The position numbers and the translations under genes are program-made. This document shows positions 27,453 to 35,608 of a DNA stretch of 37,219 nt, piece by piece. The stretch covers positions 1 through 37,219 of the forward strand of contig JACQBY010000134.1 in the NCBI GenBank assembly GCA_016201875.1. Reading direction: 5' to 3'. Positions within the stretch are counted from its first letter, which is position 1. Each line of letters opens with the position of its first letter. The stretch comes from Nitrospirota bacterium. Lineage in GTDB: Bacteria > Nitrospirota > Nitrospiria > JACQBW01. The notes beneath the pieces were generated by a model. That model was not told where the DNA came from. It did not search any database and saw nothing but the letters and a program-made list of their open reading frames with translations.

Positions 27453-27545
27453 GTTGAACGGTTGAAAAGTTGAAAGGTTTAAACCCCTCGACTCATCAAC
27501 TCTTCAACTTCCTCTCAACCCATCAACTCTTCAACCTTTCAACAA
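27453..27545. repeat. Inverted pair of 8-mer tandem arrays ((gttgaann)x4 then (tcaacynn)x7)
   Basis: gttgaacg gttgaaaa gttgaaag gtttaaac ... tcgactca tcaactct tcaacttc .. tcaaccca tcaactct tcaacctt tcaac. Confidence 0.85.
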
Positions 27546-28250
27546 TCATTTCGTAGTACATCGCGAACCGGTTCCCTGGGCCGTTCCGGAGGTTAACGTA
27601 AATCCATTATCCGGATCCCAGGTATAGGTGCCGGCGCAGGTGGTTGTCTGCGTCCCTCCCGGCACAATCTCTTGCCGGGTTTGAATAAAATTCCCCGCGG
27701 CCTGGCCGATTAAATTTCCTGTCGCATCGGTCATCGAGTTGACGCCGAATTTATTGTCGAAAATATAACCCGCCGCGGCCTGATTTTGATAAATCTGGGT
27801 TTGCAATTGATTCAGCCTGCTTGTTCCGGACGCAGTCGAATTCATCCGGGTCACCACCGATTGAAAACCGGCTATCCCTGAGGTGGTGGTTGCATCCAAC
27901 AGGCCGATCTGGCTAAATCCGGAAGGGAGATCCCTTCCGAACTGGGTATCCACCGTCGTTCCGGTAATCGACCGGGGAAGGACTGTTTCGGGATGAGGGT
28001 CGGTATTGGAGGACATCTGCGCCCCGTCCATTCCCCACGGACCCGGGTCCGCCGGATTCGACGGTCCCTGCTGTAGATGCATCTGGCTGGTCCTTGAAAC
28101 CGTTGCCGTATCCGCCGCATCTGCAGAAAAAGCCAGGCTCATGGAAAGAAGAATGGCGGAAAAGAGAACTTGGCAGACAACCCGTGCGGACAACCCGTTC
28201 CGCACTTCGTCTGCACTTCGCAATTTTTTAGTTTTTAGCAATTTTATCAT
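27546..28250 (-). CDS. Secreted Gln/Thr/Gly-rich protein; probable start ATG 28250; nested family A insert in its signal peptide
   Basis: Signal peptide ..ILLSMSLAFSADA; C-terminal Cys pair; local similarity by eye to the downstream 335-aa protein. Confidence 0.75.
   Translation of the reverse strand: MIKLLKTKKLRSADEVRNGLSARVVCQVLFSAILLSMSLAFSADAADTATVSRTSQMHLQQGPSNPADPGPWGMDGAQMSSNTDPHPETVLPRSITGTTVDTQFGRDLPSGFSQIGLLDATTTSGIAGFQSVVTRMNSTASGTSRLNQLQTQIYQNQAAAGYIFDNKFGVNSMTDATGNLIGQAAGNFIQTRQEIVPGGTQTTTCAGTYTWDPDNGFTLTSGTAQGTGSRCTTK
28173..28220. repeat. Nested family A: one 24-bp unit inside another
   Basis: gcagacaacccgt[gcggacaacccgttccgcacttcg]tctgcacttcg. Confidence 0.9.
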
Positions 28251-28326
28251 TTTATATTCAGGGGCCTTCGTAAACTGCACTCAATGCCCCCGAACCCCAT
28301 GTTCGGCCAGGCAAAGCCTGATCCTC
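28251..28326. repeat. Family B repeat abutting the ATG at 28250
   Basis: 75/76 identical to 1071-1146. Confidence 0.92.
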
Positions 28327-28353
28327 GCATTTTTTTATTTTAAAATCCCTTTA

Positions 28354-28428
28354 GGAGCAGGGGCAATCCCCACCAGGTTACCCCTGCTCCGGTTATTGTA
28401 CGGGCAAATTATGCCCCTTACAATGACC
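28354..28428. other. Two adjacent hairpins downstream of moaA (possible attenuator or REP-like)
   Basis: ggagcagggg..cccctgctcc (28354-28390) and ggttattgta-cgggca..tgccc-ct-tacaatgacc (28391-28428). Confidence 0.55.
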
Positions 28429-28441
28429 CTTTAACTCATCA

Positions 28442-29461
28442 CTAACCGCCGATGCTGATCATGGACTTTAATGTCTTTTCTTCCGCAAACTGCTCTAACA
28501 TGTGCCCCTCGGGCTTAATCTGCAACGACTGGTCAAAAAGGTCGTCAAGCTCTTCGTCGGAACAGTTTCTCCGCAACGCTTCCCTGAAATTGACCTCGAT
28601 ATCCGAGAAAAGGCAGGGGCGGAGCGAACCGTCCGCGGTTAAACGGACGCGATTACAGGTATCGCAGAAATGCTCGCTGATCGCATGAATAAAACCGACC
28701 ACCCCTTTACCGCCGGGGAGTTTGAAATTGTAGGCCGGACCGGACGTCCCCTCATTTCCACCTTTGTCTTCGAGGTTGGTTTCAAGCTTGCCGAATTCCG
28801 CCTCGATTCTTTTCATCACGTCGTCCATCGGCATATATTTCGATTTCCAATCGTCATAATCGCCGCAGGGCATATATTCAATAAACCGGACATGAATGTC
28901 GCGGTTCAGGGTCATTTTTACAAAATCGATCACTTCGTCGTCATTACACCCTTTTTGAAGAACCATGTTGATTTTCAGCGGGCTGAAACCGACCCGCTCG
29001 GCCTCTTCGATCCCTTCCCATACTTTGCGGAAGCAGTTCCCCCGGGTCACTTCTTCAAACCGTTTTGGATTTAAGGAATCAAGACTGATATTCATTCTCC
29101 GGAGGCCCGCTTTATAAAGGGGGCCTGCCATTGTTTTTAACAATACCGCGTTGGTGGTCATGGCAAGATCTTTTAAGCCGCGTTCTTTCAAGGCGGCCAC
29201 TTTGGCGATAAAATCGACAATTCCGCTTCTGACTAAAGGCTCTCCGCCGGTAATCCGGATCTTTTTTAATCCCCGGGCCACGGCGCGTTCAATAATCCGG
29301 TAAAATTCGTCAAAGGACAAGATCGTATCCTGCTGCATCCAGTTTACCCCGTACGCCGGCATACAGTAGGTACAGCGAAGGTTACACCGGTCGGTCACAG
29401 AGACCCTCATATAATTAACGGTTCGATTGAAACTATCGACTAACGGAAGCGGCTGACTCAT
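28442..29461 (-). CDS. moaA: GTP 3',8-cyclase MoaA (radical SAM); probable start ATG 29461
   Basis: YMRVSVTDRCNLRCTYCMP, RITGGEPL, NISLDSL, RFIEYMP, FCDTCNRVRLTADG.LRPCLF, C-terminal MISIGG; SD AAGGAGGT. Confidence 0.97.
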   Translation of the reverse strand: MSQPLPLVDSFNRTVNYMRVSVTDRCNLRCTYCMPAYGVNWMQQDTILSFDEFYRIIERAVARGLKKIRITGGEPLVRSGIVDFIAKVAALKERGLKDLAMTTNAVLLKTMAGPLYKAGLRRMNISLDSLNPKRFEEVTRGNCFRKVWEGIEEAERVGFSPLKINMVLQKGCNDDEVIDFVKMTLNRDIHVRFIEYMPCGDYDDWKSKYMPMDDVMKRIEAEFGKLETNLEDKGGNEGTSGPAYNFKLPGGKGVVGFIHAISEHFCDTCNRVRLTADGSLRPCLFSDIEVNFREALRRNCSDEELDDLFDQSLQIKPEGHMLEQFAEEKTLKSMISIGG

Positions 29462-29482
29462 GGATGTGACCTCCTTCATGGA

Positions 29483-29722
29483 AGTAATCGGTGATTAGTA
29501 ACTAAAGTTAAATGTGAAAAGTAAAACGTTATAAAGTTAATCATGATGGTCTCGTACAAAGTCTGAAAAAGCGGTTTTCTGTCATTCCCGTGCAAACGGG
29601 AATCCAGTTTTTTCAAATAGTTATGTACTCCCTAGATTCCCGCTTTCGCGGGAATGACAACTTTTCACGAAACCATCAATCATTGTGTAACATTTTTCTT
29701 TTAACCTTTAACTTTTTACCTG
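29483..29722. repeat. Degenerate inverted 7-mer arrays (29483-29540 and 29688-29722) flanking the MITE-like element
   Basis: agttaaa tgtgaaa agtaaaa.. versus taacatt tttcttt taacctt taacttt ttacctg. Confidence 0.55.
29545..29677. mobile_element. 133-bp MITE-like element with imperfect terminal inverted repeats, 6-bp direct repeat AATCAT and two internal ATTCCC-N8-GGGAAT palindromes
   Basis: gatggtctcgtacaaagt ... acttttcacgaaaccatc; AATCAT at 29539-29544 and 29678-29683; second copy at 35476-35608. Confidence 0.85.
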
Positions 29723-29766
29723 CTTATACCCTTCAGGGCTTTTATTCTCACTGTTCCTACTTATTT

Positions 29767-29841
29767 TGCAAGTTAAGGGCCAGAATGTTTCATTTATGAA
29801 CTTATTTGAACTTATCGATAATAAAACATAACCCATTGAAA
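29767..29841 (-). promoter_or_regulatory. Candidate sigma-54 promoter for moaA (29767-29783) with an IHF-like site (29829-29841)
   Basis: Minus strand CTGGCCCTTAACTTGCA (GG-N10-GC); TTTCAATGGGTTA is one mismatch from WATCAANNNNTTR. Confidence 0.6.
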
Positions 29842-30013
29842 AATAAATACTTTTTATTAATCCCCTTTCTTAAACCCAGGTTTTTTGTTATGGCTCTATT
29901 CCATGACACTTATTATAGGAATCAATGAGTAAAGTTTTTCACAAATTAGAGGAATATTTTTTCCTATTTTACCTGAGTGTTGACCTATACCCGGATTAAA
30001 CGGCTTTTTTCCT

Positions 30014-30053
30014 AAAAAAATGGGATCAGAAGGGGGTTTCCTTCTGATCCCAT
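30014..30053 (-). terminator. Intrinsic terminator after the 1717-aa gene
   Basis: 14-bp perfect stem atgggatcagaagg/ccttctgatcccat followed by a U-tract on the minus strand. Confidence 0.9.
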
Positions 30054-30087
30054 AAAATAACATAATCTCATTCGTTTAAGAACAATT

Positions 30088-33000
30088 TTATGGTATAGCG
30101 GGTATAGCCAATACCCCGGTCGTGGAGAGGGTGTTATTGGTTTCAACCAGCTCCAAAACGGTATTACCTGAATCACTGACGCCGATCAGATAATAGCTCC
30201 CCGCGGGGGTGCCTGAGGGTATGGCAAAGGTCGTGGAAGCGCTATTCGATGCCGATCCTCCTGCCAGAGACGATATTGACCGGGTCCCGAGCAATATATC
30301 TCCCGTGCCAACCAGTTTATCGAGAGAGAGGTAAAATGTCACCGTAAAGGCTCCCGCCGGTTGAGTCCCGATGTTTTGCTGGGTATCTGTGGCGATGATA
30401 TTCGTCCCGGACAGAATGTCCGTTATGGTATAGGTCTTCAGGTCGGGAGAAACCGCGTATTTTGTCGTGGTGCATTTGTAATTACCCGTCTCCACCAGCT
30501 CCGCCACCTGATTGAGGGAGTCCGAAATGGCGCAGAGGTAGTAGCTTCCGATCGGCATCGCCGGGGGAATCGCCAATGTCGACGTGGCCGAATTGGTGGC
30601 GCTTCCGCCGTCCAGGCCCGCAAGATCCCTTGTTCCGATCAACGTATCGCTTAACGTGCTGGGGATGGTGGTCGACGTCAGGTAATAGGCCACCCTGAAG
30701 GCCCCCGCCGGCTGATCCCCGGTGTTTTGCTGGGTATCGCCGACGACGATATTCATCCCGGACAGTGTTCCCGATATTAAATAGGTCTTCAGGTCGGGAG
30801 AGATGGCAATTTTTGCCGCGGTGCATTTGGTATTATTCGTTTCAGCCAGCTCCCCGACCTGATTCAGGGAGTCAGAAATGGCGCAGAAGTAGTAGTTCCC
30901 GATCGGCATCGTCGGCGGAATTGCCAGGGTCGCGCTGGCCGTATCGATGGCGCTCCCTCCGGCCAGGCCCGCAAGATCCCTTGTTCCGATCAGAAAATCG
31001 GTTGACGTATTGACCGTGGTGGTCAACGCCAGGTAATAGGCCACCCTGAAGGCCCCCGCCGGCTGAGTCCCGGTGTTTTGCTGGGTATCGGATATTTTAA
31101 GGGTCATCCCCGCAATGGTTGCCGATACCGCGTAGCCCTTCAGATCAGGCGTAACGGCATAGGTGGTAGTGGTGCATTTGAAATTGCTGGCATAACTCAA
31201 CTGGGCAACCGCATGCGCCAGATCGGGCATGGTGCAGAAATAGTAGTTCCCGATAGCCATCGTCGGCGGAATCCCCAATGTCAGGGAGGCCAAGTTGACA
31301 GCCAATCCGCCGGCCAGGCTTGCGATATTCCGCGTCCCGATCAGCATATCGGTTGACGCATTGGGGGTGGTCGTCTTCGCCAGAAAATGAGAAACCATAA
31401 ACGGCCCCGCCGGCTGATTGCCTGTGTTTTGCTGGGAATCGGAGGTCTTGATCGTCATCCCCGCCAGAGTTCCCGTTACCGTGTAGGACTTCACATAGGG
31501 ATTGACCGCATAGAGCGCCGTGGTGCATCTGGAGTTATTGATTTCACTCGTCTCTGAAACCTGATTGTCCGAGTCAGAAATAGCGCAGAGATAGTAGTTC
31601 CCGATCGGCATGGTCGGAGGAACCGTGAATTTTGAGGCCAACGCGTTCGTTGCGCCTCCGCCCGCCAGGCCATTTACTTTCCGGACTCCGATCAGATGGG
31701 CCACGGAAGGGTTGACTAAAAGCGTCGGCGAAAAATAAAAGGAGACATTGAAGGGGACAGCGGCCTGGATCCCGGTATTTCGCTCGGTGTCTCCAGCAAA
31801 GGCATAAACCCCGCCAAGGGTGGTTGTCAGGGAGTAGACCGTTAAATCGGGACTGTCGGATGGCGCATACCCGGTAAACGGCGCGGTCGAGGTGCTCCAA
31901 ACGCCGCCGACGGTGACAACCGGAACTCCGGAAGCGCCGATTGTGGGATAAATCACCACAATCTGCGTGTCGCTCCAGCTCACCACCGTTGCCACCACCC
32001 CTTCAAAGGTCACGGTGCTGGTACCCTGAGTGGCTCCAAAACCATAACCGGTAATGGTGACCTGCAATCCGGAGTAGGCCGAAGCGGGAGAAATGCCGGT
32101 AATCACAGGGCTCACAGAACCGGTCACGGTAGAAACGGTAAACACCACGCCGTTGCTTGAAGTGCCATTCACCATAACGACCACCTGCCCGGTAGTTGCT
32201 CCCGACGGAACGGTGGCGATAATCTGCGTATCGCTCCAGCTCACAATGGTATCGGCCGGCAGACCGTTGAACAGAACGGCGCTTGTCCCCTGGGAGAAGC
32301 CGAAATAGGACCCGGTAATCGTCACCTGCGTGTTGACATAACCCGCCACAGGAGAAAGCGCGCTAATCGCCGGGCTCGCCGCAGGAGGAGGCGCCGTCAC
32401 CGTGAAGGTCACGCCGTTGCTGGTAAGTCCATTCACCGTCACCGTCAGCGGCCCGGTGGTTGCTCCGGACGGAACGGTGGCCACAATCTGCGTGTCGCTC
32501 CAGCTGACAATCGATCCTGCCGGCGCCCCGTTAAACAACACGGCGCTTGAACCCTGGGTCGCTCCAAAATCAGACCCCGTAATGGTCACCGGTGTCGTGA
32601 CAATTCCCGAAGAAGGGGAAATGGCGCTAATGACCGGACTGATCACCGGAGGAGGAGAGGGAGGGGTCACCGTAAAGGTCACCCCGTTGCTCGAAACCCC
32701 GTTGACAATCACGACCAGAGGGCCGGTGGTTGCCGCGGAAGGAACGGCGGCCACAATCTGCGAGCCGCTCCAGCTCACAATGGTGCCCGCGGGCGTCCCG
32801 TTAAAGAGAACCGAACTTGTCCCTTTGGACGAACCAAAATTCGACCCTGTTATGGTGACCTGGGTGTCTATCACCCCCGATAGAGGAGCAATGTCGCTAA
32901 TGACCGGGCTTGCCGGAGGAGGAGGCGCCGTCACCGTGAAGGTCACGCCGTTGCTGGTGAGTCCATTCACAGTCACCGTCAAGGGACCTGTGGTGGCTCC

Positions 33001-35241
33001 GGTAGGAACGGTGGCTAAAATCTGGGCATCACTCCAGCTCACGATTGAGCCGGCCGGCGCTCCGTTGAACAGAACCGTGCTTGAGCCCCTGGTCGCTCCA
33101 AAATACGACCCTGTAATGGTTATCTCTGTGCTGACACTCCCTGACGTGGGAGAAATGCTTCTGATGATAGGGGTCTGCTGAGGTGGAGGGGGCGCGGGAT
33201 AACAGACGTCGACGGCTTCGGTATCGGAATATCTCCATCCGGAAGAGCCATCGGTTCCGGCAAAAAGGGTCCCGTCGCAGGGGTATCCCGGGGAAACACC
33301 CAGCCGGGTTATATCTAAATTCCCCAATCCGTTATTCACCAGGATCCAGTTGTTCCCGCCGTCAAGCGTTTGAAAAACGCCGTTGCCCGAAGTTCCCGCA
33401 AAAAGAGCCGGCTTGGCCGCGTATGCGGGAGAGATCGAAAGAGAGGTGACTGATTTATTCCCAAGCCCGTTTCGCGCAGAAACCCAGGTCGATCCTCCGT
33501 TAACCGTCTTAAACACGCCGGCAGAGGCTGTTCCGACATACAGGGTAGAATCACTCGAATAATTCGGCGAAATGACCAGCTCCGAAATCGATAGATCGGT
33601 TATACCCGAATTGACCGCCGTCCAGCTTGACCCCCCGTTTACCGATTTAAAAACCCCCCCTTCGGCCGTACCGGCAAAAAGGGTTTGATCTGAAGCAAAA
33701 TTCGGAGAAATGGCAAATGTATCGATATTCGGTTTGGTTATTCCGGTGGCTGAAGCTATCCAGGTAGCCCCTCCGTCAGTGGTTTTATAAACACCGCCAA
33801 GGGTTCGCATGCCGGCAAAAAGCGTCCGGTCGTTTTTGTAGTTCGGAGAGATTTTCAACGTCTGAACGTTTAAGCTCGCGATACCCGAATTGACCTGGGA
33901 CCAGCTGTTTCCGCCATCAACGCTTTTGTAGATACCAGGCCTGCCGTGGTAACCGGCAAAAATCGTGCTATCCGCGGCATAATTGGGAGAGACCGCCAGA
34001 GCCACCGGACTTTTACCGGACAGCCCCGTATTTAACTGCGTCCAGGTCGATCCTCCGTTGACCGTCTTGTAGATACCCTTTTCTTTCAATCCGATGAAAA
34101 CGGTGCTGTCCGCGCTGAAATCCGGCGAAACTCCCAGAGCGCTCACATGAGGATTTCTCATCCCATCGTTGGAATCATGAGAGTTGTTCCCGCCATCGTC
34201 CGATTTGTAAACCCCATGACCGTCAGTCCCCGCAAAAAAAGTCTGGTCATTCGAAAAATCCGAGGAAAGGTTTAAAGATAATATAATATGATTGGCCAGA
34301 GTGGCATCCGCGGAAACCCAGGTGGCGCCGCGATCCGTTGATTTAAAAATACCGCCGTTACTCGTTCCCGCAAGGAGGGTATTGTCGGTAGAAAAGTTCG
34401 GTGAAATCGATAACGTTGACACCGCGGGAGAACCCAGGCCGGTACTCGCGGCTGTCCAGGTAGTGGTGCTGTTTCCGCCGGTTGTGGTTTTAAACACACC
34501 GCCGATCAACGTGCCCACAAAAACGGTTTGGTCGGTGGAAAAACCGGGAGAAATAGCAATCGCAGTCACCGAGAGCGACGTAATGCCGGTGTTAAAGGCC
34601 TTCCAGGTGGCGCCCCGGTCGAGGGACTTAAACACCCCCGCATTCGTTGCGGCATAAAGAATCCCATCGGATGAATACGCCGGAGAGATCGTCACGCCAT
34701 TGACATAAAGGTTGGTTAATCCACTGTTGATAAGGGTCCAGGTGTTCCCGCCGTCTGTCGACTTGAAAATCCCCCCCCCGTTTGTTCCCGCCAAAAGGGT
34801 AGAATCAGATGAAAAGGAAGGGGAAATAACGAGAGACTCGATATTCCGCACGGTGATGCCATTACTCATTTCTTTCCAGGAACGCCCGCCGTTGACGGAT
34901 TTAAAGACCCCATGCGCCGTTCCGACATAAGCGGTTTGATTGGAGGAAAAATCGGGAGTTACGGCTACCGAATTGACCCTCAAACTATCCAGCCCCGTAT
35001 TTACGGCTGACCAGTTTTTTCCGCCATCGGTTGATTTCAGCACCCCTTCATTGTCGGTGGCTAAAAAAACAGTCTTATCCTGGGAGAACCGGGGAGAGAC
35101 CGCGGCCTGATGAACATGCCCTCCATCCGGCCCTATCCATGTCCAGGTTCCCGCCTGGGCGGCCACCGGCAGAAAAAGAGCCAGAACCGACAAAAGAATT
35201 TTTGCCGAGATCTTTTTAAAACCATTTAAATTAGCAATCAT
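30088..35241 (-). CDS. Large secreted protein: BNR/Asp-box beta-propellers, 4 IPT/TIG domains and 5 CARDB-like domains (adhesin-like)
   Basis: Signal peptide ..AAQA; many GVFKSxDGGxxW Asp-boxes; ISP.SG....VTITG..FG..QG.S.V.F..VSWSDTQI repeats with poly-Pro linkers; PDL..N.G.Q.AG.F..YY.C..D....E..E.NN repeats. Confidence 0.9.
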   Translation of the reverse strand: MIANLNGFKKISAKILLSVLALFLPVAAQAGTWTWIGPDGGHVHQAAVSPRFSQDKTVFLATDNEGVLKSTDGGKNWSAVNTGLDSLRVNSVAVTPDFSSNQTAYVGTAHGVFKSVNGGRSWKEMSNGITVRNIESLVISPSFSSDSTLLAGTNGGGIFKSTDGGNTWTLINSGLTNLYVNGVTISPAYSSDGILYAATNAGVFKSLDRGATWKAFNTGITSLSVTAIAISPGFSTDQTVFVGTLIGGVFKTTTGGNSTTTWTAASTGLGSPAVSTLSISPNFSTDNTLLAGTSNGGIFKSTDRGATWVSADATLANHIILSLNLSSDFSNDQTFFAGTDGHGVYKSDDGGNNSHDSNDGMRNPHVSALGVSPDFSADSTVFIGLKEKGIYKTVNGGSTWTQLNTGLSGKSPVALAVSPNYAADSTIFAGYHGRPGIYKSVDGGNSWSQVNSGIASLNVQTLKISPNYKNDRTLFAGMRTLGGVYKTTDGGATWIASATGITKPNIDTFAISPNFASDQTLFAGTAEGGVFKSVNGGSSWTAVNSGITDLSISELVISPNYSSDSTLYVGTASAGVFKTVNGGSTWVSARNGLGNKSVTSLSISPAYAAKPALFAGTSGNGVFQTLDGGNNWILVNNGLGNLDITRLGVSPGYPCDGTLFAGTDGSSGWRYSDTEAVDVCYPAPPPPQQTPIIRSISPTSGSVSTEITITGSYFGATRGSSTVLFNGAPAGSIVSWSDAQILATVPTGATTGPLTVTVNGLTSNGVTFTVTAPPPPASPVISDIAPLSGVIDTQVTITGSNFGSSKGTSSVLFNGTPAGTIVSWSGSQIVAAVPSAATTGPLVVIVNGVSSNGVTFTVTPPSPPPVISPVISAISPSSGIVTTPVTITGSDFGATQGSSAVLFNGAPAGSIVSWSDTQIVATVPSGATTGPLTVTVNGLTSNGVTFTVTAPPPAASPAISALSPVAGYVNTQVTITGSYFGFSQGTSAVLFNGLPADTIVSWSDTQIIATVPSGATTGQVVVMVNGTSSNGVVFTVSTVTGSVSPVITGISPASAYSGLQVTITGYGFGATQGTSTVTFEGVVATVVSWSDTQIVVIYPTIGASGVPVVTVGGVWSTSTAPFTGYAPSDSPDLTVYSLTTTLGGVYAFAGDTERNTGIQAAVPFNVSFYFSPTLLVNPSVAHLIGVRKVNGLAGGGATNALASKFTVPPTMPIGNYYLCAISDSDNQVSETSEINNSRCTTALYAVNPYVKSYTVTGTLAGMTIKTSDSQQNTGNQPAGPFMVSHFLAKTTTPNASTDMLIGTRNIASLAGGLAVNLASLTLGIPPTMAIGNYYFCTMPDLAHAVAQLSYASNFKCTTTTYAVTPDLKGYAVSATIAGMTLKISDTQQNTGTQPAGAFRVAYYLALTTTVNTSTDFLIGTRDLAGLAGGSAIDTASATLAIPPTMPIGNYYFCAISDSLNQVGELAETNNTKCTAAKIAISPDLKTYLISGTLSGMNIVVGDTQQNTGDQPAGAFRVAYYLTSTTIPSTLSDTLIGTRDLAGLDGGSATNSATSTLAIPPAMPIGSYYLCAISDSLNQVAELVETGNYKCTTTKYAVSPDLKTYTITDILSGTNIIATDTQQNIGTQPAGAFTVTFYLSLDKLVGTGDILLGTRSISSLAGGSASNSASTTFAIPSGTPAGSYYLIGVSDSGNTVLELVETNNTLSTTGVLAIPAIP

Positions 35242-35294
35242 TGTCTTTTCTCCCTTTTAAAAACTCTCAATATTTTTTAAAAACATTTCTTAAC

Positions 35295-35354
35295 AAAAAA
35301 AGCCGGGCAGCCAAAATGACATCGTGTTAGAACGTCACCTCGGCAGCTCGGCTT
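35295..35354 (-). terminator. Riboswitch expression-platform terminator overlapping the aptamer 3' end
   Basis: Minus strand AAGCCGAGCUGCCGAGGUGAC pairs with GUCAUUUUGGCUGCCCGGCUU, followed by a U-tract. Confidence 0.82.
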
Positions 35355-35456
35355 TCTTAATTTCCGGAATCGACTCTTAAAGAGGATCCCGGTTTGATAT
35401 AAGACCCGCGGCTTTGCGCCCTGCCGTCACCGGCAGTTTACCCTGATAGAAGGTAT
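35336..35456 (-). ncRNA. Cyclic di-GMP-I (GEMM-I) riboswitch aptamer
   Basis: Minus strand AGGGUAAACUGCCG-GUGA-CGGCAGGGCGCAAAGCCGCGGGUCUUA...UAAGAAAGCCGAGCUGCCGA: GYAAAC motif, GNRA-capped P2, GCAAAGC, 3' AGCCG..UGCCGA. Confidence 0.9.
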
Positions 35457-35475
35457 TACCTGTATATATATACTT

Positions 35476-35608
35476 GATGGTCTCGTAAAAAGTCTGAAAA
35501 AGCTGTTTTCTGTCATTCCCGTGTAAACGGGAATCCAGTTTTTTCCAGTAGTTATCTGCTCCCTAGATTCCCGCTTTCGCGGGAATGACGACTTCTTACG
35601 AAACCGCC
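35476..35608. mobile_element. Second copy of the 133-bp MITE-like element, just upstream of the riboswitch
   Basis: Same length and colinear with 29545-29677; sits in a (TA)n tract with tatatatatactt on both sides (35463-35475, 35613-35625). Confidence 0.85.

Noticed and set aside
382-28220. Family A as a DNA-uptake sequence or HIP1-like motif
   Set aside because: Those motifs are 8-12 bp and arise by substitution. Here the units add residues, nest, and form tandem and inverted arrays. Not fully excluded without orthologue alignments.
29480-29760. Moco riboswitch upstream of moaA, and the 69-aa plus-strand ORF at 29590-29799
   Set aside because: No Moco-motif features recognised; the region is the MITE plus heptamer arrays, and the ORF is just the translated repeat (LDSRFRGND).
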